The position numbers and the translations under genes are program-made. A DNA stretch of 64,000 nucleotides from Eubacteriales bacterium (lineage in GTDB: Bacteria; Bacillota; Clostridia; Oscillospirales; CAG-272). The stretch is from the NCBI GenBank assembly GCA_045533675.1, contig JAZSIF010000054.1, positions 27,287-91,286 on the forward strand, given 5' to 3'. The notes under the pieces were generated by a model. That model was not told the DNA's origin. It saw nothing but the letters and a program-made list of their open reading frames with translations, and did not search any database. Positions 1 to 10,520 of the stretch are shown piece after piece (within the stretch, counting starts at the first letter, position 1; each line of letters opens with the position of its first letter).

Positions 1-2443
1 CCGTGACGGTATGAAGCCCGGTCAGCGCCGTATTATGTATGCCATGTACGAGGATCATCTGACCTACGATAAGCCCTTCCGTAAGTCGGCGACCACGGTC
101 GGTAACGTGCTGGGTCGGTACCATCCTCACGGTGACTCCGCCGTATACGATACCATGGTACGTATGGCGCAGGATTTCTCACTTCGCTATCCCTTGGTAG
201 AGGGACACGGAAACTTCGGTTCGGTGGACGGAGACGGCGCTGCCGCTTACCGTTATACTGAGGCAAGAATGTCGAAGATCGCGGATGAGCTTATGAGCGA
301 TATCGAAAAGGACGTGGTGGATTTCATGCCCAACTTCGATAACCGTTTAAAGGAGCCTCGTGTGCTTCCTTCCCGCTTCCCCAACCTTTTGGTGAATGGA
401 TCGGTTGGTATCGCCGTCGGTATGGCGACTAACATTCCTCCCCACAACCTCGGAGAGGTGATTGACGCTACCATTTACCGTATGGACAACCCCGAGTGTG
501 AGGTCCTTAACCTGATGGAGTACATCAAGGGGCCCGATTTCCCAACCTCGGCTACCATCTACGGTGTCAACGGTATCATTCAGGCATATACCACGGGCAA
601 GGGACACATCAAGGTCCGTGCGAAAGCAACAGTGGAAGAGGACAAGCATCGTATCATTGTAACCGAGATTCCCTACCAGGTAAATAAGAGCACCCTTTGT
701 GAGGCGATTGCCGCCTTGGCAAGGGAAAAGAGGGTAGAGGGTATTACCGATTTGCGCGACGAGTCGGGCAGAGACGGGATGCGGATTGTCATTGAATACC
801 GCAGAGACGCCAACGGACAGGTGATTTTGAATCAGCTGTACAAATACTCTCAGATGGAGGATACCTGTGCCATCAATATGCTGGCGCTGGTTAACAACGA
901 GCCGAAGATCCTGTCTCTCCCTCAGATCCTCGACGTGTATATTGACCACCAGAAGTCGGTCATTTACCGCCGTACCAAGTTTGAGCTGGAGAAGGCGAAG
1001 GCAAGAGCTCATATCTTTGAAGGATACCATATTGCTATTGATAACATTGACCGTATCGTGGAGATCATGAAGACCTCCCGCTCGATCCCCGAGGCGAAGG
1101 AGCGCTTGATGGCTGAATTCTTTACCGTAACCTACAAGGACGGCTATGAGAATGAGCTGGGGAACGTACGGCAGCTCTCCGACGCGCAGGCGCAGGCTAT
1201 CGTTGAAATGACCCTTGGTAAGCTGACGGGTATGGAGCGTGATAAGATCGAGGAGGAGCTGGCAAGATTGCACGCTCTGATCATTGAGCTGGAAGGAATT
1301 TTGGCGGATGATGGCAAGATCGTTCAGATCATTAAGGATGAAATGAGCGAAATCAAGCGGAAGTATGCCGACGAGAGACGAACCGAGATCGTTGCCGCAG
1401 TGGATGACATTGAGTTGGAGGATCTGATTGAAAAGCACAACTGTGTCATTACCATGACGCACGCGGGCTATATCAAGCGTCTGCCTGCTGATACCTATTC
1501 CGCGCAGAGACGAGGAGGCAAGGGCGTCATTGGTATGTCTACCAAGGAGGATGACTTCATAGAAAAAGTGATGGCAGTCCACAGCCATTCGTACCTCATG
1601 ATGTTTACCAACAAGGGTAAGGTCCACACGAAGAAGGCATATCAGATCCCAGAGTCTTCCCGTACCGCGAAGGGAACCAATATTGTCAACGTACTGGAGC
1701 TCCTGCCCGAAGAAAAAATTACCGCGATGATTAGCGTAGAGGGATTTGGCGAGGGCGAGTATCTGACCATGGTAACCAAGAATGGTATTATCAAGCGTAC
1801 GCTTTTGACAGAATACGAGTACCAGCGCAGAGGCGGTAAGATCGCTCTGCATCTGGATGAGGATGACGAGCTGGTATTCGTGATGCATACTCATGGCGAA
1901 TGCGATATTATTTTGGCAACTCGCAACGGATGTGCTGTTCGTTATACAGAGGCAAATGTTCGCTGCATGGGACGTACCGCACGAGGTGTTCGCGGTATTG
2001 GTCTCAGAGACGGAGACTACGTGACCGGTGTCGCGATTGTGGAAGAGGGTAAGAGTCTCATCACAGTGACCGAGAAGGGATACGGAAAGAAAACCGATTA
2101 TGAGGATTTCCGCGTGATGAAGAACCGCGGCGGTATGGGCGTGACCTGTCACCACCTGTCTGAAAAAACCGGACTTCTGTGCGGCATTCAATCGGTTTCC
2201 GATGAAGATGACCTCATGATGATCACTGACAGCGGAACCATCGTTCGTACACCTGTATCTGCCATTCCTCAATATTCGAGAACGGCTGGCGGCGTCATTC
2301 TCATGCGTTTGGGTGAAGGTCAGACCCTTGTAAACTTCACGGCAGTTGCCCATGAAGATCCTGAGGAGGATGCCGAAGGGGAAGAATCCGTAACCACACA
2401 GACCTTAGAAGCGGTTGATGCGCCTGTGATCGATCAGGAATAA
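1..2443 (+). CDS. gyrA: DNA gyrase subunit A (5'-truncated by window edge)
   Basis: [19 protein letters not shown], catalytic YRYTEAR, GyrA-box QRRGGKG and C-terminal pinwheel repeats; the frame is open upstream of the ATG at 11. Confidence 0.98.
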   Translation, partial: RDGMKPGQRRIMYAMYEDHLTYDKPFRKSATTVGNVLGRYHPHGDSAVYDTMVRMAQDFSLRYPLVEGHGNFGSVDGDGAAAYRYTEARMSKIADELMSDIEKDVVDFMPNFDNRLKEPRVLPSRFPNLLVNGSVGIAVGMATNIPPHNLGEVIDATIYRMDNPECEVLNLMEYIKGPDFPTSATIYGVNGIIQAYTTGKGHIKVRAKATVEEDKHRIIVTEIPYQVNKSTLCEAIAALAREKRVEGITDLRDESGRDGMRIVIEYRRDANGQVILNQLYKYSQMEDTCAINMLALVNNEPKILSLPQILDVYIDHQKSVIYRRTKFELEKAKARAHIFEGYHIAIDNIDRIVEIMKTSRSIPEAKERLMAEFFTVTYKDGYENELGNVRQLSDAQAQAIVEMTLGKLTGMERDKIEEELARLHALIIELEGILADDGKIVQIIKDEMSEIKRKYADERRTEIVAAVDDIELEDLIEKHNCVITMTHAGYIKRLPADTYSAQRRGGKGVIGMSTKEDDFIEKVMAVHSHSYLMMFTNKGKVHTKKAYQIPESSRTAKGTNIVNVLELLPEEKITAMISVEGFGEGEYLTMVTKNGIIKRTLLTEYEYQRRGGKIALHLDEDDELVFVMHTHGECDIILATRNGCAVRYTEANVRCMGRTARGVRGIGLRDGDYVTGVAIVEEGKSLITVTEKGYGKKTDYEDFRVMKNRGGMGVTCHHLSEKTGLLCGIQSVSDEDDLMMITDSGTIVRTPVSAIPQYSRTAGGVILMRLGEGQTLVNFTAVAHEDPEEDAEGEESVTTQTLEAVDAPVIDQE

Positions 2444-2450
2444 AAATGAC

Positions 2451-2482
2451 AACAGGGCTTGCGGAAACACAAGCCCTGTTTT
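2451..2482 (+). terminator. Intrinsic terminator after gyrA
   Basis: AACAGGGCTTG...CAAGCCCTGTT stem followed by T. Confidence 0.75.
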
Positions 2483-2508
2483 GATAATAACAAGGATACG
2501 AAAATTAC

Positions 2509-3639
2509 ATGAAAGGAATCATGATGAAACGAAACGCAAAACAAAGGCTTTCCCGGAGAATTCTTTTGGTTTTTCTCTGTTTTTGTATGATACTTCCTGC
2601 CATTTCGTCCTGCTCAAAGCCCCCCGAGCTTTCTGAAATTTCGGAGAGGTTTCGGCAGCTGGTGGAAGCCTCCTATGAGATCAATACCATTTTTTACGGA
2701 GAAGGTCTTCCCACTTACGAGCGTGTGACCGATCCCAGAGAGTCTACAAAAGTCTTTGAAAAAGAAGAAACGGGAGAGCTGTTCCACTACTATGAATTTG
2801 AGGATAAGACCTATGGAAAGGTTCTTGCTTACCGTCAGTCCTTTGATAATGAGATGTACCAGGATTCCAAAACGGGAATCAAGTATTTTTATTATCCTAT
2901 CTATGACGAGATATATGGCAAGATCATAGTAGCGAAATCCCTATCACCGAAGGGGGAGTATTATCTTCAGTTGACGGATATGCCGAAAGAGGGAGTAACG
3001 CCCGATTACGTCAACGAAACGAAGGGACAATGGGGATATCTCCTTTCTGATTTTACTTATGACCGTGATTATGAGGATAACAAATATACGTTTCTACGTA
3101 TCAGCAATGAGCCCTTTGATGGCGAAGAGGCATTTTATGCGGATGCGGAAAAGAAGATCTATTGCTATTCCTTGCCCGACAGCTACAAGGAGCCTGTTTT
3201 TGAATCCTACTACACCAAGGATGATCCTGAGGATTACGACTATGTGACCTTAGGGGCAAAATATCATTCGATCACTGAGATCAAGGCTGCCGCCTCTGCT
3301 GTTTATTCCGCGGCATTTTTGGAATCGATTTATGAAATGATGTTTGTCGGTACAGTCGGCGCCGATGGCAGTGTCAACGGGGTGACCGCTCGCTACAAGG
3401 AACATCAAGATGAGGCGGGGAATATTTCTTTGATGAAATCCAATACCTACGATCCTCTTATTAGAGAGACCCGCCAATATCTCTTTGACACCGCCGAGAT
3501 TGTGGAACCTTCCAACGGAGACTTTGTGACCATTGCCGTGGATTCCTATCTTCCTTCCAAGCCGGACAATATCCTGAACGTGACCGTCACCATGGTGCTC
3601 GAAAATGGAGTCTGGATGTTGGATGGTCCGACGTATTGA
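2509..3639 (+). CDS. Hypothetical lipoprotein with internal repeats
   Basis: Basic N-terminus, hydrophobic stretch and lipobox-like ISSC; Tyr-rich duplicated motifs; start could be 2509 or 2521. Confidence 0.7.
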   Translation: MKGIMMKRNAKQRLSRRILLVFLCFCMILPAISSCSKPPELSEISERFRQLVEASYEINTIFYGEGLPTYERVTDPRESTKVFEKEETGELFHYYEFEDKTYGKVLAYRQSFDNEMYQDSKTGIKYFYYPIYDEIYGKIIVAKSLSPKGEYYLQLTDMPKEGVTPDYVNETKGQWGYLLSDFTYDRDYEDNKYTFLRISNEPFDGEEAFYADAEKKIYCYSLPDSYKEPVFESYYTKDDPEDYDYVTLGAKYHSITEIKAAASAVYSAAFLESIYEMMFVGTVGADGSVNGVTARYKEHQDEAGNISLMKSNTYDPLIRETRQYLFDTAEIVEPSNGDFVTIAVDSYLPSKPDNILNVTVTMVLENGVWMLDGPTY

Positions 3640-3708
3640 GGAAGGGGACGCCTTTAGGTCTGCCTTTCTCCTCCGCTACGCTACAGGGCACGAGCCTTCG
3701 GTTTGTGC

Positions 3709-3957
3709 AAAAAGCTCCGCAAAACTTTTATACAAATTATGGATTATTTTACATCGCATCCTACACGTAGTATACTGTAAAATTTAATGTTTTTCTACAA
3801 GGAAAAAATCCGTCGGACGGCTACTACGCCACCGACGGATTTCTACCTTAGAAAAAGTTAAAGTTACATAGTACATGTAGAACGTGATATAAAACGAGCA
3901 AAAATTGTATAAAAGTTTTGCGGAGCTTTTTCAAAAGCGACCCGCATCCCCGTATCC
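3709..3957. repeat. Long palindromic intergenic element, copy 1 (full)
   Basis: 27-bp perfect IR AAAAAGCTCCGCAAAACTTTTATACAA at 3709-3735 and 3905-3931; central AAATCCGTCGG...CCGACGGATTT hairpin. Confidence 0.9.
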
Positions 3958-4974
3958 TTATCTCTGTACGCGTCCGCTGGCGTCGCCGCCCGCGAGCTTT
4001 TCGACCTCGGAGACGGACACGCGGTTGTAGTCACCCTCGACCGAGTGCTTCAGAGCGGAAGCCGCAACGGCAAATTCAATCGCCTGCTGAGAGCTCTTTC
4101 CGTTCAGGAGAGAGTAGATCAGCCCGCCGCCAAAGCTATCGCCGCCTACTCGGTCCACGATGTGGAGATGATAGGACTTGGAGAAGTAGCAATCGGTACC
4201 GTCATAGAGCATACCTGCCCAGTCGTTATCATTGGCGGAAATGGAAGAGCGGAGGGTAATGGCAACCTTTTCGAAGCCGAAGCGGTCAGCCAGCTGCTTG
4301 GCAACCGAACGGTAACCGTCGTGGTTCAGCTTGCCTCCGTAAATATCGGAGCCCTCTGCTTCAATCCCAAATACATCCTTGGCATCCTCCTCGTTGGAGA
4401 TGCAAACGTCTACGTATTCGCAAAGCTCGGTCATGGTCTTGCGCGCCTGCTCGCGGGTCCAGAGCTTGCCGCGGTAGTTCAGGTCGCAGGAGATCTTCAC
4501 ACCGTGTGCTTTAGCGGCCTTGCAGGCATCCAAACAGATGTCAGCAACGTTCTGACCCAAAGCGGGAGTAATACCCGTAAAGTGGAACCAATCAGCGCCC
4601 TCAAAGATGGCATTCCAATCAAAATCGGATCGGCATGCCTCTGCGATAGCGGAATGCGCGCGGTCATAGATGCAGACCGATCCGCGTTGAGAAGCGCCCT
4701 TTTCCAAGAAGTAAATACCCACACGGTCGCCGCCGCGGACAATCTTCGTGGTGTCGATTCCGAAATAACGGAGGGAATCTACGGCAGCCTGTCCAATGGC
4801 ATGCTTAGGGAGCTTGGTTACGTAAACGCTGTCCATGCCGTAGTTGGCAAGAGAAACGGCGACGTTCGCCTCGCCACCGCCAAAGGTAGCCTGCATCTGG
4901 TCATTCTGGAAGAAACGGTAATAGCCGTTGGGAGCCAAGCGGAGCATCAGCTCACCGAAGCATACGATTTTCAT
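3958..4974 (-). CDS. kdgK: 2-keto-3-deoxygluconate kinase (PfkB family)
   Basis: FGELMLRL, GGGEANVA, DLNYR, NEED, DRVGGDSF; adjacent to eda. Confidence 0.9.
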   Translation of the reverse strand: MKIVCFGELMLRLAPNGYYRFFQNDQMQATFGGGEANVAVSLANYGMDSVYVTKLPKHAIGQAAVDSLRYFGIDTTKIVRGGDRVGIYFLEKGASQRGSVCIYDRAHSAIAEACRSDFDWNAIFEGADWFHFTGITPALGQNVADICLDACKAAKAHGVKISCDLNYRGKLWTREQARKTMTELCEYVDVCISNEEDAKDVFGIEAEGSDIYGGKLNHDGYRSVAKQLADRFGFEKVAITLRSSISANDNDWAGMLYDGTDCYFSKSYHLHIVDRVGGDSFGGGLIYSLLNGKSSQQAIEFAVAASALKHSVEGDYNRVSVSEVEKLAGGDASGRVQR

Positions 4975-5021
4975 AATAAGTACCTCATATATAGTATTAC
5001 AGTGGTCTTGTTTTTGCTATA

Positions 5022-5630
5022 TTAGACGCTGACCTTTGCCATCGCCCGTGCGGTCTTTTCCCGGATCTCGTCGGGCGTTCCCTTCATCATCCAGCTTCCG
5101 CCGCAGGCAATGATCTTGTCAAAGGCAAGATACTCAAGGACGTTCTCCTCGGAGATGCCGCCGGTGGGGAGGAACCTCATAGCGGGGAAAGCAGCGGCAA
5201 GCGCCTTGATGGTGCCAAGTCCGCCGTAGTTGGAGCAGGGGAAGAATTTAACGATTTCAATGCCGTAGGAAATGGCAGTGATGATCTCAGTAGGGGTGAC
5301 GCATCCGGGGAGATAAAGAACCTTGCGCATGCGACAAACTTCGGCAACCTCAGCCGCAAAGCCGGGTCCTACGATGAACTTCGCACCGCAGTCGATGGCG
5401 CGGTTTGCCTGCTCGGCATTGATGACGGTTCCCGTTCCGATCAGCATATCGGGGAATTTTTCGCAGCCCAGACGGATAGCGTCTGCGGCGCAGGAGGTGC
5501 GGAAGGTGATCTCTGCAATGGGAAGACCGCCCTCACAGAGAGCACGGAGGGTGGGTTCGGTGTCGGAAAGCTCCTTCAGAACAACGACGGGAACGATTTT
5601 ACATGATTTTACACGATCCAGTAATTCCAT
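5022..5630 (-). CDS. eda: KDPG/KHG aldolase
   Basis: EITFRT, GTV, PGCVTPTE, KFFP, PTGGI, GGSW motifs; ATG at 5630 after GGAAG. Confidence 0.93.
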   Translation of the reverse strand: MELLDRVKSCKIVPVVVLKELSDTEPTLRALCEGGLPIAEITFRTSCAADAIRLGCEKFPDMLIGTGTVINAEQANRAIDCGAKFIVGPGFAAEVAEVCRMRKVLYLPGCVTPTEIITAISYGIEIVKFFPCSNYGGLGTIKALAAAFPAMRFLPTGGISEENVLEYLAFDKIIACGGSWMMKGTPDEIREKTARAMAKVSV

Positions 5631-5966
5631 AGTGCTTCCTTTCTGAAAAACAAATTTGATAAAATAATTATAGCACAAATTGATATACAAGGAAATTGCA
5701 AAAATGACCGTTTTTTATTGTATTTCCGCGTTTATTACATGATATCACACGCCCCTTTAATTATCAAGAAAATGAAGATAATTTGCGAAAGAGGAGCAAA
5801 TTTATCGTGTTTTTGACTTTTTGTGAAAAAAACGTATAATTTACATAGAAAAATTAGGAAAGGGGAGCGAGAATCAAGCCGGAAAATCGAGAAATATATC
5901 AGGGAGAACTTTCAGCTTTGATTGAGCGAGGATATACAACCTGTGGAAATTGTTTTAATTAAAAAT

Positions 5967-6127
5967 GAAACCCGTCGGTGGCGAAGCAGCCGTCCGACGG
6001 GTTTCTACATTAGAAAAAATTTTAAATTATAAGGTACACCACGTGTAGGACGTGATATAAAACAACCCATAATTTGTATAAAAGTTTTGCGGAGCTTTTT
6101 TAAAAGCGACCCGCATCCCCCCGCGTC
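5967..6127. repeat. Palindromic element, copy 2 (core hairpin plus right arm only)
   Basis: GAAACCCGTCGG...CCGACGGGTTTC, then TTGTATAAAAGTTTTGCGGAGCTTTTTTAAAAGCGACCCGCATCCC matching the copy 1 right arm. Confidence 0.88.
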
Positions 6128-7072
6128 TTAGTTCAGCATAGCCGCGCCGATGATGCCGGCGTCGTTGCCGAGGGTAGCGATACGGAGATCGGTCAGCGGA
6201 ACCACACCTCCACCGTACTGCTCGGAGCGGATGATGGGAAGCAGGGAATCGATGAGAGACTGTCCCTCGTTGGAAACACCACCGCCTAAAGAGATCACCT
6301 CGGGCTGGAAAATGTTAATGATGGTAGCAAGCCCCGATGCCAAATATCTGATATACTTGTCATAGACCTCTTTACCTGCCGCATCCCCTGCGCGCATGGC
6401 GTCACAAGCGGTTCTTCCCGAAACCTTGGGCTGATCTGCCATGATGGTGGTTCTTCCCGTGGCACGGCACTCCTCGATCTTCTCCTTTGTCATGCGAATC
6501 AGAGCGGTTGCCGAGGAATATGCCTCCCAGCAGCCTTTACGCCCGCAGGAGCAAGGAGCGCCGTCTACCTTAATCACGATGTGGCCCAACTCACCGCCTG
6601 CATAGTTAAATCCTGAGTAAACCTTGTTATCAATGATGATACCTCCGCCCACTCCGGTACCGAGGGTGATCATCACGCTGTTTTTGGTACCCTTGGCGGC
6701 ACCTGCCACTGCTTCGCCCCAAGCGGCGGCATTGGCGTCGTTTTCGATTTTTACTTTTTCAACGTCTGTTTTCTCACGAAGAAGCTTAGCGATGGGGAAC
6801 TTGTGGAAGGGCAGGTTGTTGGCATACTCCACCACACCGTCATCATGGTTGGCAATGCCGGGGGTGGCAATACCAATTCCCGCAACATCGGAAAGAGCAA
6901 TGCCCGCCTCGTCACACACCATACGGCAAAGGGCGGCAATGTCAGCCACGATTTCCTCCGCGGGACGGGACGCGCCTGTAGGAAGGCTCTTCTTAACCTT
7001 GATCTTCATGTCTTCGTTTACAAGACCTACGGCAATATTGGTTCCGCCGAGGTCAACGCCGATCCTGTACAT
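6128..7072 (-). CDS. ROK-family glucokinase
   Basis: GVDLGGT, ENDANAAA, LGTGVGGG, GELGH, CSCGRKGCWE. Confidence 0.92.
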   Translation of the reverse strand: MYRIGVDLGGTNIAVGLVNEDMKIKVKKSLPTGASRPAEEIVADIAALCRMVCDEAGIALSDVAGIGIATPGIANHDDGVVEYANNLPFHKFPIAKLLREKTDVEKVKIENDANAAAWGEAVAGAAKGTKNSVMITLGTGVGGGIIIDNKVYSGFNYAGGELGHIVIKVDGAPCSCGRKGCWEAYSSATALIRMTKEKIEECRATGRTTIMADQPKVSGRTACDAMRAGDAAGKEVYDKYIRYLASGLATIINIFQPEVISLGGGVSNEGQSLIDSLLPIIRSEQYGGGVVPLTDLRIATLGNDAGIIGAAMLN

Positions 7073-7159
7073 TTGAATTCCTCCGTATTTTAATATTGAG
7101 GCACTATTATAATTATTATATCTTATTATATCGAATTTTTAAGGAAAAGTCAAAAACTC

Positions 7160-7825
7160 TCAAATTTTTCCATAATCACAAAGTTCACGGAGGGGACAAT
7201 CGCCGCAACGAGGGCTTCTTGCTATACAAACATCTCTGCCAAACTGTACGATGCGATGGCAGAAATCCGACTGTGCCGCAGGTTCAATCAGCTCGGACAG
7301 AATCGCTTCCACTCTTTTTGGGTCCTTGAGGTCGGTGGAATACATCCCCAGTCTGCCGCAGATACGAATGCAATGGGTGTCGGTGACTACGGCGGGCTGT
7401 CCGTAAATGTCGCCGAGAAGCAGATTGGCGATTTTCCGTCCCACACCGGGAAGCTCCAAAAGCTCCTCCATGGTGGCGGGGACCTGTCCGTCATATTGCT
7501 CGGTGAGAATTTGGCAACACGCTTTGATGCTTTCTGCTTTGGTGCGGAAGAGTCCGCAGGGGCGAACGATTTCTTCTATTTTGGCAAGGGGAGCATTTGC
7601 CAGCGATTCCACGGTGGGATATTCGGCAAACAGCTCTCGGCAGACGATATTGACCCGCGCGTCGGTACATTGCGCGGACAGCCTTGCCATGACCAAAAGC
7701 CGCCAGGGCTCGCCGCTGTATTCCAGGGCGCAGATTGCCTCAGGGTAAACTCCCTCCAGCATTTTGACGATCCTCGCCATGCGCTCCTTTTTTTCTTTCT
7801 TTTTTGGGATCTTCGGTGTGCTCAT
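7160..7825 (-). CDS. nth: Endonuclease III
   Basis: LSAQCTD, HhH LPGVGRKIAN, VTDTH, C-x6-C-x2-C-x5-C Fe-S cluster motif. Confidence 0.95.
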   Translation of the reverse strand: MSTPKIPKKKEKKERMARIVKMLEGVYPEAICALEYSGEPWRLLVMARLSAQCTDARVNIVCRELFAEYPTVESLANAPLAKIEEIVRPCGLFRTKAESIKACCQILTEQYDGQVPATMEELLELPGVGRKIANLLLGDIYGQPAVVTDTHCIRICGRLGMYSTDLKDPKRVEAILSELIEPAAQSDFCHRIVQFGRDVCIARSPRCGDCPLRELCDYGKI

Positions 7826-7826
7826 G

Positions 7827-8618
7827 TCAGTCTCTTTTTGCCGTGAAGTATGTACCCACGTGACCGCCGTCCAAAAGTGTGTAGAGGATCTCGGGGTCAT
7901 GTCCGTTGAGAATGAACATGGGAATGCCCGCCTCGGTGCAGAGCTTTGCCGCTTGAAGCTTTGCGATCATACCGCCCGTTCCTCGGTCGGTTCCCGCGCC
8001 GCCTGCTAAAGACATAATTTCGTCAATGTCGTCCACGCGGCTGATCAGCTTGGCATCGGGATTGGTTCGGGGGTCGGAGTCGTAAAGACCATCCACGTCT
8101 GAAAGATTCAGCACGACATCCGCACGGCAAAGTTTGGCTACATGGGCAGAGAGAATGTCGTTTCCACCGAATTTGGTGAGCTCATCGGTAGAGACTGAGT
8201 CATTTTCGTTGACGATAGGAATGCAACGCATCTCAAGGAGTCGGTTGAAGGTATTTTCCGCCGCCGCTCTGCGGTCAGGGTTGGTGAGCACATCCTTGGT
8301 CATCAGAATCTGTCCGACGGTGTGACCGAAGTCCGAGAAGAAACGGTCGTAAATCTTCATCAACTCACTCTGTCCGATGGCAGCCATTGCCTGTTTTTCC
8401 TCGGGGGTGGACGGGATCCGTCCGAAGCCTGCCTTGGCTACACCCGAGCTAACGGCACCCGACGAAACCAATACCACACGGATGCCCGAATTCTGCATAT
8501 CCGACAGGACCTTGACGATCTTTTCGATCCGACGGAGATTCAAATGTCCCGTGGTGTGGGTAAGGGTAGAGGTTCCTACCTTTACCACGATTCGTTGACT
8601 GTCTCTGAAATATCCCAT
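7827..8618 (-). CDS. proB: Glutamate 5-kinase (no PUA domain)
   Basis: VVKVGTS, SSGAV, AAIGQ, NENDSV, GTGGMIAK. Confidence 0.95.
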   Translation of the reverse strand: MGYFRDSQRIVVKVGTSTLTHTTGHLNLRRIEKIVKVLSDMQNSGIRVVLVSSGAVSSGVAKAGFGRIPSTPEEKQAMAAIGQSELMKIYDRFFSDFGHTVGQILMTKDVLTNPDRRAAAENTFNRLLEMRCIPIVNENDSVSTDELTKFGGNDILSAHVAKLCRADVVLNLSDVDGLYDSDPRTNPDAKLISRVDDIDEIMSLAGGAGTDRGTGGMIAKLQAAKLCTEAGIPMFILNGHDPEILYTLLDGGHVGTYFTAKRD

Positions 8619-8773
8619 AAAATCATTTCTTTCTGTAAAATTTTTTTAAATCCTCTTTCAAAAAACGAAAAAATGTATTATAATAGAGGATGAACATATT
8701 ATATACCCAATTCTTGATTTTTTCAAGCCTTTTGCGGAAAAAAACAAAAAAGAGAAAACGTACGGAGGGAAAC

Positions 8774-9094
8774 ATGAAGCAGAAGTATACCATTACCATC
8801 GCAGGTGTGCAAATGAACGTGGTCAGCGACGAATCACCCGAGGCGGTTGAGGCGTTGGTGGGGTTGGTTGACCGTAAAATGAGAGATATGATCGGCGGTA
8901 GCAGCTGCCCCAAGAGCGAGGCGGCGCTTCTTTGCGCTTTGGATTACTGCTCCGAACGGATCAAAGCCCAGAGAAGGGTCAAGGCATTGGAGTCCAAGCT
9001 TGCCATTGCAGAGGGGGCTCTTGAAGAGGCGGAAATGGAAAACGAGGAGCTTCGGAAGGAAATCGACGAGCTGAAATTGATGATCGCGAAATAA
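8774..9094 (+). CDS. zapA: Cell division protein ZapA
   Basis: 106 aa; N-terminal beta hairpin (ITIAG), AALLCAL, C-terminal coiled coil; RBS GGAGG. Confidence 0.8.
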   Translation: MKQKYTITIAGVQMNVVSDESPEAVEALVGLVDRKMRDMIGGSSCPKSEAALLCALDYCSERIKAQRRVKALESKLAIAEGALEEAEMENEELRKEIDELKLMIAK

Positions 9095-9095
9095 G

Positions 9096-9380
9096 GACGC
9101 GGGGACGCGAAGGATGCGGTCGCTTTTAAAAAAGCTCCGCAAAACTTTATTACAAGTTATTTCTTGGACCCTTATACACGTTCCTCGTCTTTGTGTGACG
9201 AATAGAATATTGTTTTTTCTCTGAGGAAGAAATCCGTCGGACGGCTGTTGCGCCACCGACGGATTTCTTCCTCAGAGAAAACTATAAGTCATATCATGCA
9301 CAGAGAGGGGAGGACTGTGTATGGAAATTCAAGAAATAATTTGTATAAAAGTTTTTGCTAAGCTTTTTTAAAAAGCGTCG
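9096..9380. repeat. Long palindromic intergenic element, copy 3 (full)
   Basis: GTCGCTTTTAAAAAAGCTCCGCAAAAC left arm; TTTTCTCTGAGGAAGAAATCCGTCGG / CCGACGGATTTCTTCCTCAGAGAAAA core stem; matching right arm. Confidence 0.9.
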
Positions 9381-9405
9381 AAAACAACTCTTCTCAACTA
9401 ACTTC

Positions 9406-10389
9406 CTAAAAGATTCCCGCCAAACGCAGGAGGAAGGCGCAGAGGAAGATGGAAAATGTGGAGAGGATGGTGGTCCACACCACAAGCTGACCCGCCAGGA
9501 CGGTATCGCCTCCCATTTCCTGTGTCATAGGGACGCTGGACACCGAGACGGGGGTGGCGAACATGGCAACGAAGGCGGCAAAGTGGGCGCCTGTAAAGGA
9601 GGAGAAGAAGAGATAAGCCACACCGAGACCAATAGCGGGGACTGCCGCCACACGGGCGAGAACACCGAAGACAATCTCCTTTTTTAGGGTGTGTACGGCG
9701 GAAAATTCAAACTGAGCGCCCAACATCAAGAGGGCGATGGGAGTGGCAAGAGAGCCGAGATATTCGAGGACCTTATAGATAGGCGTTAAGTCGGTCAGGC
9801 GGAATTCCACGTTCCATTCGGTAAAGAGGAAGCGAATCAGAAGCGCCACACCGCCCATTGCCACCCCTTGAATCAAGGGATTTTTTAAAATGTCCAACAG
9901 AATTTTGCGAACCTTGATTTTTTCTCCGTCCTCGCGGAAGATCGAAAGGCTGATTACGGCGAGGATATTGAGGGCGGGAACCGAGAATGCCGATAAAAGA
10001 GAAGCCACGGAACCGCCCGCGTCACCGAAGAGGGATTGCGCCAGGGGGATTCCCACCAACGCATAGTTCGAGCGGAAGCACGCTTGAAGCAATGCGCCAC
10101 GACGGGCGGGAGCCTTGGTTGCTAGAAGTACGGCGGGGAGGGCGAGAAGAAAGACGCAAAGCAACATGGCGGCGGCATACACAATGTATCCCAGTCCAAT
10201 ACCCGAGAAGCTTTGAATTTTATAAATATTTAAAAACAGCATGACAGGCAGGAAGAGATGAAAGACCAGCTTATTGAGCGCCTTGGAGATGGTCAGATTT
10301 AAAAGCCCGATTCGTTTCAGAATATAACCGATTGCCACCATGAGAATAATGGGAAGAACGGTATTCATGGCAAAAATGAGAGAGTCCAT
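9406..10389 (-). CDS. AEC (auxin efflux carrier) family transporter
   Basis: About 10 TM segments, FRSNYALVGIP, ILKNPLI, TPIALLMLG, ATPVSVSS. Confidence 0.88.
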   Translation of the reverse strand: MDSLIFAMNTVLPIILMVAIGYILKRIGLLNLTISKALNKLVFHLFLPVMLFLNIYKIQSFSGIGLGYIVYAAAMLLCVFLLALPAVLLATKAPARRGALLQACFRSNYALVGIPLAQSLFGDAGGSVASLLSAFSVPALNILAVISLSIFREDGEKIKVRKILLDILKNPLIQGVAMGGVALLIRFLFTEWNVEFRLTDLTPIYKVLEYLGSLATPIALLMLGAQFEFSAVHTLKKEIVFGVLARVAAVPAIGLGVAYLFFSSFTGAHFAAFVAMFATPVSVSSVPMTQEMGGDTVLAGQLVVWTTILSTFSIFLCAFLLRLAGIF

Positions 10390-10520
10390 GGGAAATCCTT
10401 TCCAAACATAATCTGCGACTATTATAGCACGAGCTTGAGAAAATTGCAATAGGAATGCTGACTTGACAGAAGCTTTCAAAAAGTATATAATATAAATAAT
10501 CTATCAGATCGGGAGGAAAC

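Noticed and set aside
100-160. Quinolone-resistance change in the gyrA QRDR
   Set aside because: [10 protein letters not shown] keeps the Ser and acidic residue typical of susceptible enzymes.
347-2353. 668-aa minus-strand ORF opposite gyrA
   Set aside because: Antisense shadow of a conserved gene caused by codon bias; no recognisable motifs.
5941-5950. Possible DnaA box near gyrA
   Set aside because: A single mismatched 9-mer with no cluster.
3709-9380. Repeats considered as a CRISPR array
   Set aside because: Dispersed inverted repeats with no regular repeat-spacer periodicity and no cas genes.
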